Positions 7,586-13,358 of a DNA stretch of 13,358 nucleotides are shown piece after piece. Source of the stretch: Promethearchaeota archaeon. GTDB lineage: Archaea > Asgardarchaeota > Odinarchaeia > Odinarchaeales > JBHLKK01. Positions within the stretch are counted from its first letter, which is position 1, and the number at the start of each line of letters is the position of its first letter. Made by a program: the position numbers and the translations under genes. The notes under the pieces are model-generated. The model saw only the letters and a program-made list of their open reading frames with translations, had not been told where the DNA came from and made no database searches. The DNA lies in assembly GCA_048939465.1 (NCBI GenBank), contig JBHLPL010000050.1:1-13358 (forward strand), in the 5' to 3' direction.

Positions 7586-7718
7586 ATAATTAGCCATTGA
7601 AATCTATCACTTGCCTCTTTGAGACTCTTTTCTGGGATGCCCCACTGTCATTCGTTGAATCACGTTAATCGTCAGGTCTAGAAAACAATTAAGCTAGTAA
7701 AACATGCTCCTTATTACA

Positions 7719-7733
7719 GAAAAGTTTTTTATA
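7719..7733 (+). promoter_or_regulatory. BRE + TATA promoter of the nucleotidyltransferase gene
   Basis: GAAAAG followed by TTTTTTATA, a near-canonical archaeal BRE-TATA; SD GGAGGA at 7788-7793 ahead of ATG 7802. Confidence 0.7.
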
Positions 7734-7801
7734 GGACTAAACTACAACTTAGGCAACAATATCTCCTAGCCGTTAATGGCTTTTGATGGAGGAAATCTCC
7801 A

Positions 7802-8707
7802 ATGCCAAAGCTGGCAACTTCAGATGATATAATTGACATTGCCACGAAAATCGTGAACGAGGCAGACAAGAAGGGTATTACACTTAGGGTGATGGGTGCT
7901 GTTGCAGTCGCTCTACACCTCAACGATCATTATGGTTTATGGCAAGAATTAGGGCGAAAACTCACAGACATCGATTTCGTGGGATATAATAAAGAACGAA
8001 AAAAGATAGAAAGCATGTTGAAGTCATCCTTTGGTTATGAAATATTGGAATCAAGTCTCACTCCTGCCCTCTACCTGCGGAGGATTATTTGGTGGGATCC
8101 TTCCAAAGATGCCTTAATGATGCCAAGCGGAAAGAAACCACTTAATGGTGATGTTTTTCTCGACAAGCTTCAAATGAACCATACGATCGAATGGAAGGGC
8201 AGGCTACATATCGATAACCCTACTATCCCCTTGGCAGAAGTCGTGTTGCAGAAAACACAGATAGTTGGAGGGGAGAAGCATCTGGGAATGGGCGAAAAGG
8301 ATGTCAAAGACATGATATGTCTTCTCCTGGATCATGACGTGGGGGACAGCGATGATGACAGAATAAATGCAAAAGTAATTGCAGATACTCTATCCAATGA
8401 CTGGGGTTTTTATCACACTGCCACCACAAATCTTAAACTCCTTAAGGAACAGTGGCTTCCCAAGCATAATCTGCCCAAAAAAGACAACGATATCATTCTG
8501 GCAAGAATTGACAAGCTCTTGGACGCTGTTGAAAACAAGAAGAAGTCCTTTAAATGGAAAATGCGTGCAAGAATCGGCACAAAGAAAAAGTGGTTCCAGA
8601 CAGTCGAAGAAGTAGAGAGAATGGAGCAGTACTGTCCCAACTGTGGCGCAGAAATGGAGCTTGGCTCAGAAGTCTGCAAGAACTGCGGGACCACATTGAA
8701 ATCCTAG
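7802..8707 (+). CDS. Uncharacterised pol-beta-superfamily nucleotidyltransferase-like protein with C-terminal zinc ribbon
   Basis: LRVMGAVAV...TDIDF (G32, D56, D58) fits hG[GS/A]x(n)DhDh; third acidic candidate D117; K151 and KDVKD (166-170); C-terminal CPNC-x10-CKNC. Confidence 0.75.
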   Translation: MPKLATSDDIIDIATKIVNEADKKGITLRVMGAVAVALHLNDHYGLWQELGRKLTDIDFVGYNKERKKIESMLKSSFGYEILESSLTPALYLRRIIWWDPSKDALMMPSGKKPLNGDVFLDKLQMNHTIEWKGRLHIDNPTIPLAEVVLQKTQIVGGEKHLGMGEKDVKDMICLLLDHDVGDSDDDRINAKVIADTLSNDWGFYHTATTNLKLLKEQWLPKHNLPKKDNDIILARIDKLLDAVENKKKSFKWKMRARIGTKKKWFQTVEEVERMEQYCPNCGAEMELGSEVCKNCGTTLKS

Positions 8708-8750
8708 GTGAGACATCCAGATAACCTCACTTCGGGTTGACGGAAATAAG

Positions 8751-8817
8751 AGAGCAAAAGAAATGCTAAGAAAATGAATGTTCTCTTTCCTACTCCCTGA
8801 TCAAGATGGTTTTGATC
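8751..8817. terminator. Convergent termination region between the NTase and phosphoesterase genes
   Basis: Hairpin GATCAA-7nt-TTGATC (8799-8817); minus-strand T-rich tract CATTTTCTTAGCATTTCTTTTGCTCT (8751-8776); plus-strand TTCTCTTTCC (8781-8790). Confidence 0.45.
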
Positions 8818-8826
8818 TATTGCCTT

Positions 8827-9792
8827 TTACCCCGAAACGAAGAGAACATCCTCGATTTTCTTGTCTGAAATCACTACGTGAGCTCCCCAAAGCACACCTT
8901 CGCCGTATTCGCTACCTGGATTAACACATAGGGTATTTCCCAGCTTGATTTTCCCCCGAGATTCATGAATGTGGCCGTGCAGCGCCAGAAGTGGTTGATA
9001 TTCTAGAATGGCGTCTCGAACTGCTTGGCTTCCGACACTGATCATTTTGTAGCCCCCTCCTAGCTCTAGCTTCGGTGTAAGAGTCTCATCAAGCTCCGGT
9101 GCAACATCGAGTGAGGTCCCGTACGGAGGAGCATGAAAGTTGAATATTGCATTCTTGAAGTCCTTGACATCACCCATCATCTTCTCGATTATATTCCCTA
9201 GCTCCTCGTCAGTTACATCTCGAGGACAGTTCCATGGTGTCATGTTGCAGTAGCCCGTGCTTACCATCTCATGTATGTCATCAATGTAGACAACTTTTTC
9301 CTCTGGATTTATGATATGATCTGCACTTGAACTTGATAATACATCAGAGACTTCAGGTATGTCGTCATTGCCTCCAGTAACGTACAGTTTTATGCCCGTT
9401 CCTGACAGACGTTCTTCAGCCAGTTTTACCCATCCTTCCAGCGTTTCCAGCACCAAACGGTTGAACAGGTCATTGAATCTTTTCTTGTCTTCATTTAGTC
9501 CTTTTAATTCCTTCTCAGTCGTTCGATAAGGATAGTAACCGGCATCATGGATTCTTCTTTCGACTTTTTGAAGCTCTTCTTCTGTTTTTCCTGAGAGGAT
9601 ATTACCATAAAGTTCAGCCTTGTGAGATCCGTCAGACTGCTTTACAAACGGGACTATCATCTTTCCAGTAATGTCGCCGCCAAGAATCAGAACATCTATT
9701 TTGTAGATCTTCCCCGCATTGATGAATTTCTTAAAGGTCACTTCGGATCCGTGCACATCAGTTGCGTAGAAGAGTTTTGTCTTCTTGCCCAT
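8827..9792 (-). CDS. Calcineurin-like metallophosphoesterase (Icc-related family)
   Basis: All five metal motifs in order: TDVHG (D12/H14), GGD (D40), GGNDD (N142), FHAPP, HGHIHE. SD GAAGGTGGG upstream of ATG. Confidence 0.92.
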   Translation of the reverse strand: MGKKTKLFYATDVHGSEVTFKKFINAGKIYKIDVLILGGDITGKMIVPFVKQSDGSHKAELYGNILSGKTEEELQKVERRIHDAGYYPYRTTEKELKGLNEDKKRFNDLFNRLVLETLEGWVKLAEERLSGTGIKLYVTGGNDDIPEVSDVLSSSSADHIINPEEKVVYIDDIHEMVSTGYCNMTPWNCPRDVTDEELGNIIEKMMGDVKDFKNAIFNFHAPPYGTSLDVAPELDETLTPKLELGGGYKMISVGSQAVRDAILEYQPLLALHGHIHESRGKIKLGNTLCVNPGSEYGEGVLWGAHVVISDKKIEDVLFVSG

Positions 9793-9828
9793 TTTTTACC
9801 CACCTTCTGGGTTTGGTATTTTTCCACC

Positions 9829-9846
9829 TTTAAATAAATCTTTCTC
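9829..9846 (-). promoter_or_regulatory. BRE + TATA promoter of the metallophosphoesterase
   Basis: Minus strand GAGAAAGA-TTTATTTAAA about 37-54 nt upstream of ATG 9792, downstream of the permease terminator. Confidence 0.65.
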
Positions 9847-9869
9847 TTGAAACCTGTGTGAACGGTACT

Positions 9870-9897
9870 GAAAACAAAAAGAAGGGGAAAGTAAAGT
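9870..9897 (-). terminator. Oligo-T terminator after the APC permease
   Basis: Minus strand ACTTTACTTTCCCCTTCTTTTTGTTTTC beginning about 9 nt after TGA 9906. Confidence 0.6.
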
Positions 9898-9905
9898 ATA
9901 CTGCG

Positions 9906-11537
9906 TCAGTCAGGTGGGATTTCTCTGAACCTTATGTCCATGGGAACTCCTTTTGATTTCCTGTAGAAGTACGAGACCCAGAAGAGTACCGTAGGAACAC
10001 CCAGTAGGAACAGTATGGTTGCACTCAGGTAGATAATCTGTAAACCTACAGCTTCTCCTGTAAGCGCTGGGAATAGGATTGAATACACGGAGAATGCGCT
10101 CATTGCAGCTGATATCAATCCAAGCCAAAACGTTATCGGAGCTCCAGCAAACCTCTTCTGCACCACAGCAGGCGCTCGCTCGAATATGTCCTTTCTTCTG
10201 AAATGGAAGACCATGCCTACGATTCCTAAGATAGTCCAGCTTATCATCCAGACCGCAATTGTGTGCGCAATGTATGCTAGCCACGGAGTAAATGTAGCTA
10301 CAGTGTGGATAGAAGTAGCGCATACGCCGCCCGTTAATACTGAGCCCCATGCGCGTCCCTTCGTATCGACGGCCGCTACAAAGTTCGGAAGAATACCATC
10401 AAAGGAGTATGCGAATAGGTTCCGTATCGGGCCGAATCCAAGTCCGAGTATGCCACCCCAGTTGATGATAAACATGCCAACGGGGCCCGCTATCAGAGAC
10501 AGGATCAGATTATCCGTAAGATAGGCGGTCAAGACATAACAGACCGGAGTGTACGGATATGGAGCCCACACCACAGAATCCAGTCCAGCAGCATTAATGT
10601 ATGAAACGGCTTCGATCATGTTGACGCCTATGCCGGTGTAGGTTGCTAGGACGAAAAGCTCCCAATAGACTATGAACATTGCAATTGATCCGAATTGTGC
10701 TAGGAACATCGATTTCCTGATCTGCTTTATCTCCCCTGCAATATTTGAAACGTAAGTTGAACCCAGAGTGCTTAGCTGGTGATAAGTATAACCCGCCATT
10801 ACAGTTGAGGTCATTGAAAACAAGCCAGGCGTCCAGCCGCCACCGGCGGGGGGTGGTGCAGCGGCTGTGGCATAAACATTGGCGGAGTCTATCCCTCCTC
10901 TGCTTAGCAGCCTCGCTTCCATTGCAGCCGGGGTTGTTGTGAAGTTGATAAACATATAGGTAAAGAGCATTATCCACGTGGTAAACATTACGAACCATTG
11001 AGCTCTCATAACCCATTTTGTGCCAAGCCACATGACAAAGAACGCAAAGAAGATTTGGATAAAGCCAAGACCCCAAGCAAGGGGGGTCGTTACGTCCCCG
11101 AGCATCACGCCGGCATTCTGTAGACCAGTGTCTCCATTGAAGAGCCCGATCTGATATACGGTATCTGCGATTCCCCAGCTGGTTCCCCAACCGGCGAGAG
11201 AACCGGACCACATTAGCCCGCCTCCAAAGACCATTCCCCAGGAGGCCAGAAGACCAATGTAGGGATGTATGATTCGGCTTCCGAAGATATACTCACCGCC
11301 GGATCTAGGCATAGCAATCGAAAGCAGTGCATAGAGGGCTACGATAGGATAGAGCATAGCAATCATAGTAGCAGCTATGTATTGGTTGGCACCAGGATAG
11401 AGCACCTGGGACCATATGATGTAGTGGTATGCATACGGAATTGTGGGATTCACGAAAGCGTACATAAGGGCATCGAGTGGACTGACAACTCTTACAAGAC
11501 CTGAAGCTTTTCTTACAAAGACTTCTCTTTCACCCAC
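9906..11537 (-). CDS. APC-superfamily amino acid/polyamine permease (archaeal type)
   Basis: N-terminal FVRKASGLVR..S..DA, MPRSGGEY loop, about 12 hydrophobic segments, C-terminal EIPPD. GTG start with SD GGGGAG. Confidence 0.92.
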   Translation of the reverse strand: MGEREVFVRKASGLVRVVSPLDALMYAFVNPTIPYAYHYIIWSQVLYPGANQYIAATMIAMLYPIVALYALLSIAMPRSGGEYIFGSRIIHPYIGLLASWGMVFGGGLMWSGSLAGWGTSWGIADTVYQIGLFNGDTGLQNAGVMLGDVTTPLAWGLGFIQIFFAFFVMWLGTKWVMRAQWFVMFTTWIMLFTYMFINFTTTPAAMEARLLSRGGIDSANVYATAAAPPPAGGGWTPGLFSMTSTVMAGYTYHQLSTLGSTYVSNIAGEIKQIRKSMFLAQFGSIAMFIVYWELFVLATYTGIGVNMIEAVSYINAAGLDSVVWAPYPYTPVCYVLTAYLTDNLILSLIAGPVGMFIINWGGILGLGFGPIRNLFAYSFDGILPNFVAAVDTKGRAWGSVLTGGVCATSIHTVATFTPWLAYIAHTIAVWMISWTILGIVGMVFHFRRKDIFERAPAVVQKRFAGAPITFWLGLISAAMSAFSVYSILFPALTGEAVGLQIIYLSATILFLLGVPTVLFWVSYFYRKSKGVPMDIRFREIPPD

Positions 11538-11585
11538 GAAAATCTCCCCAAAACCTTTTTGAAGACAGCATATTATTTGTCATAA

Positions 11586-11600
11586 TTTAAATAGTTTTTG
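11586..11600 (-). promoter_or_regulatory. BRE + TATA promoter of the APC permease
   Basis: Minus strand CAAAAAC-TATTTAAA, about 49 nt upstream of GTG 11537. Confidence 0.6.
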
Positions 11601-11800
11601 GCCTGTTTTTTAAAATAGAAAATTGTTGACTTGTTATAAAGTCGCCTTATATGGTTCTTTGGCTTTCTCATTGATGCAAAGTGTACTCATTGGCTTATTT
11701 GTGGGACCAAAAATGCTATCTTTGATTTACAGTCTGAGTAGGAATTATCATCTCTGTTTGCGATTCGAATATAGGGAACGATATTCGTTTTCTTACTTGA

Positions 11801-12235
11801 TCATCTCCTCAGCATCGTTAAAATACCGCCTGCAAGACCTAATGCACCCCCAATGATATTTATGATGCCAAAACCAAGAGTGATAACGGGGATGCAATAG
11901 AAGAACGCCATAAGACCCCCAAACCATGCCCTACGTTCGGAGCGGCCCAGAGTTCCTCCGGCTATTATGAAAAAACCGTTCATGATGCCTAGAGAAAGGT
12001 TCATGTAACCTTGCTGAACAAGCAGCGCCGCGTCCTCAGGGTCGGCAACCTGAGCAGCGACATCGAAAAAGCCGAAAAGGTAGAATATAGCAGCGCCTAT
12101 AACCAGGATGCCCGCCGCTAGTGTTATTGGAAATCCCCATTTGAACTCCTTGTGTTCGATTTCTCTTGTTTCTTTTCCCGTTTGAGTCATCAATTCCTCT
12201 TCATATTTCTTCTTTCTTCCCTTTCGACTGCTCAA
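11801..12235 (-). CDS. Small integral membrane protein, hypothetical (charged N-terminal tail, 3-4 TM helices)
   Basis: TTG start with strong SD AGGAGGT 6 nt upstream; hydrophobic segments; Gly-rich last helix IIGGALGLAGGIL. Confidence 0.8.
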   Translation of the reverse strand: MSSRKGRKKKYEEELMTQTGKETREIEHKEFKWGFPITLAAGILVIGAAIFYLFGFFDVAAQVADPEDAALLVQQGYMNLSLGIMNGFFIIAGGTLGRSERRAWFGGLMAFFYCIPVITLGFGIINIIGGALGLAGGILTMLRR

Positions 12236-12300
12236 AAAATGAACCTCCTACTACGGCAAATTACAAGAACTGTCAAGGGTAAGGATATTCTACGAAGTCA

Positions 12301-12309
12301 TATAATAAA
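12301..12309 (-). promoter_or_regulatory. TATA-like box for the small membrane protein gene
   Basis: TTTATTATA on the minus strand about 66 nt upstream of TTG 12235 and 32 nt downstream of the TPR gene stop. Confidence 0.45.
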
Positions 12310-12340
12310 TTTAACAGACCACTATGCCTTCCCTTATTCT

Positions 12341-13357
12341 TCAGCTTCTCCTTCTTTCCGAGAATTCCTCCAAAAAGGAGGAAATAAACGGATCTCGGTC
12401 TTCTTTATCGATTAGCTCGTAAACCTGCTTAGCTTCCATAATTGTATCTTCAGATTCACCTTTGCTTAGCCTCGCAATAAGACCAGCAAGCTTATACCAA
12501 TTATTGTTCTTGAGAGGTTCAACTCCTTTGCCCAAACGCTGATTCCTGAAGTCCTGTACAACTCTCTCGCCCTCGTCGGGTCTCCCCAATCTTACCTGCA
12601 TTGCAGCCACAACACAAATAGCTCTCGCAACTTCGTCAGCTGTTTCTTCATCCAACTTCGACCTTTCAGCCCAGTCAAAGAACTTCTGATACTCTTCAAC
12701 GGCCTTTTCAAAATCAGCTTGCATCTTGTAACATTCACCAGTATCGGCATGGGCTAGAGCAGCTGTCGGTCTTAGGTGTTTCTTAAGGTCGGCAAAGTCC
12801 TTACCAGCAGGAAATTCTTGAGCTTTAATTATCCTTGAATAGTATCGGAGTGCTTGCTCAAACTTTCTTAGTCTCCTATAGCATCCGCCGGCTCGTAAAT
12901 ATAGTCTGTAGCCCACAACTCTGGAAGCTGGGGCCGGCCTACCAGATCGATCGACCAAGTCTGCTTGTTTCAAGTAATTCTCAGCACCTTTCTCAAAAAG
13001 CTCGGCCGCTTTCTCAAATTTTCTCCTTCTCTCCGCAGACATAGCTGAAGCTGCGTAGAAAAGACCGTAGAATTCATGAAGAGCGGCCTCCTGGCGTATC
13101 AGCCATTTGTCCGGCTTATCTGTTTTTTGTAAGGTCTTCTCGAAGTCAAACATTTTTTTCTTTGCTAGAATAGCGTTTTTGAAGCATTGAGCCGCCTTAT
13201 CATAATTCTCATCCTCGAAGTAAAATCTCAGTCCGTTGGCCCAGTAGTAATTACTCTGCCCAACATGGGCATTGGAAAAAGCTATGTATTTTTTCTTTGC
13301 AGAAGGTGCCACCTTTGAAGCTTCTTTATAGGAATCAGAAGATTCCTTGAAGTGAGC
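12341..13357 (-). CDS. Tetratricopeptide-like helical repeat protein, 5' end outside the window
   Basis: Repeats such as NYDKAAQCFKNA, KFEKAAELFEKGAENY, AGGCYRRLRKFEQALRYYSRII, TGECYKMQADFEKAVEEYQK. The frame stays open upstream of the GTG at 13312 (AHFKESSDSYKEASKVAPS) to the window edge, so the track start is not the true start. Confidence 0.85.
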   Translation of the reverse strand, partial: AHFKESSDSYKEASKVAPSAKKKYIAFSNAHVGQSNYYWANGLRFYFEDENYDKAAQCFKNAILAKKKMFDFEKTLQKTDKPDKWLIRQEAALHEFYGLFYAASAMSAERRRKFEKAAELFEKGAENYLKQADLVDRSGRPAPASRVVGYRLYLRAGGCYRRLRKFEQALRYYSRIIKAQEFPAGKDFADLKKHLRPTAALAHADTGECYKMQADFEKAVEEYQKFFDWAERSKLDEETADEVARAICVVAAMQVRLGRPDEGERVVQDFRNQRLGKGVEPLKNNNWYKLAGLIARLSKGESEDTIMEAKQVYELIDKEDRDPFISSFLEEFSERRRS

Positions 13358-13358
13358 G

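Noticed and set aside
7606-7650. 14-aa minus-strand ORF MTVGHPRKESQRGK, plus the SD-led MFY* at 7694-7705, as RiPP precursor candidates
   Set aside because: The first has no SD and no leader/core character; the second is only 3 codons; both lie upstream of the radical SAM TATA box.
7608-7680. Possible cobalamin riboswitch (GGGATGCCCCACTGT resembles part of the B12 element)
   Set aside because: It is on the strand opposite the B12 enzyme and upstream of both promoters, and the GGGAA, GCCACTG/GGGAAG and AGYCAGRAGACC elements are missing.
8706-8739. Alternative hairpins after the NTase stop (AGGTGAG/CTCACTT and AACC/GGTT) as a SECIS or readthrough element
   Set aside because: No in-frame TGA in the gene, no recognisable SECIS core, and no meaningful frame after the TAG; short stems of this kind are common.
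9910-11211. Alternative-frame minus-strand ORFs (146 and 205 aa) inside the permease
   Set aside because: Out-of-frame shadows; the permease frame is intact end to end, so there is no frameshift.
11623-11856. 77-aa plus-strand ORF in the spacer
   Set aside because: TTG start without SD, overlaps the 3' end of the membrane protein gene, and has no motif.
1-13358. CRISPR arrays, tRNA/rRNA genes, IS elements or integrases
   Set aside because: No regularly spaced repeats, cloverleafs, terminal inverted repeats or transposase/integrase motifs were seen by eye.

Overview
Archaeal chromosomal window, inferred from BRE/TATA-type promoters, GGAGG/GGTG(A) Shine-Dalgarno sites, oligo-T terminators and archaeal-type proteins; Asgard or Bathyarchaeia is only a guess. 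It holds 11 genes, two cut by the window edges, and no visible mobile element, RNA gene or CRISPR array. In order: end of an EamA/DMT transporter; a tyrosine phenol-lyase/tryptophanase-family PLP lyase with an altered active site; a DUF3795-type Cys-rich protein with a long C-terminal extension; an Isf/flavodoxin-like protein with Asp at the third Fe-S Cys position; an MscL channel whose bundle helix appears moved to the N-terminus; a tightly coupled B12-binding radical SAM and S9 peptidase pair; a pol-beta-superfamily nucleotidyltransferase fused to a zinc ribbon, converging on a metallophosphoesterase that lies behind an APC permease; a small membrane protein; and a 5'-truncated TPR-like protein. 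The best candidate for an undescribed system is the nucleotidyltransferase + metallophosphoesterase + permease trio, a possible writer/eraser/importer module. All family calls come from recognising motifs by eye, without database searches.
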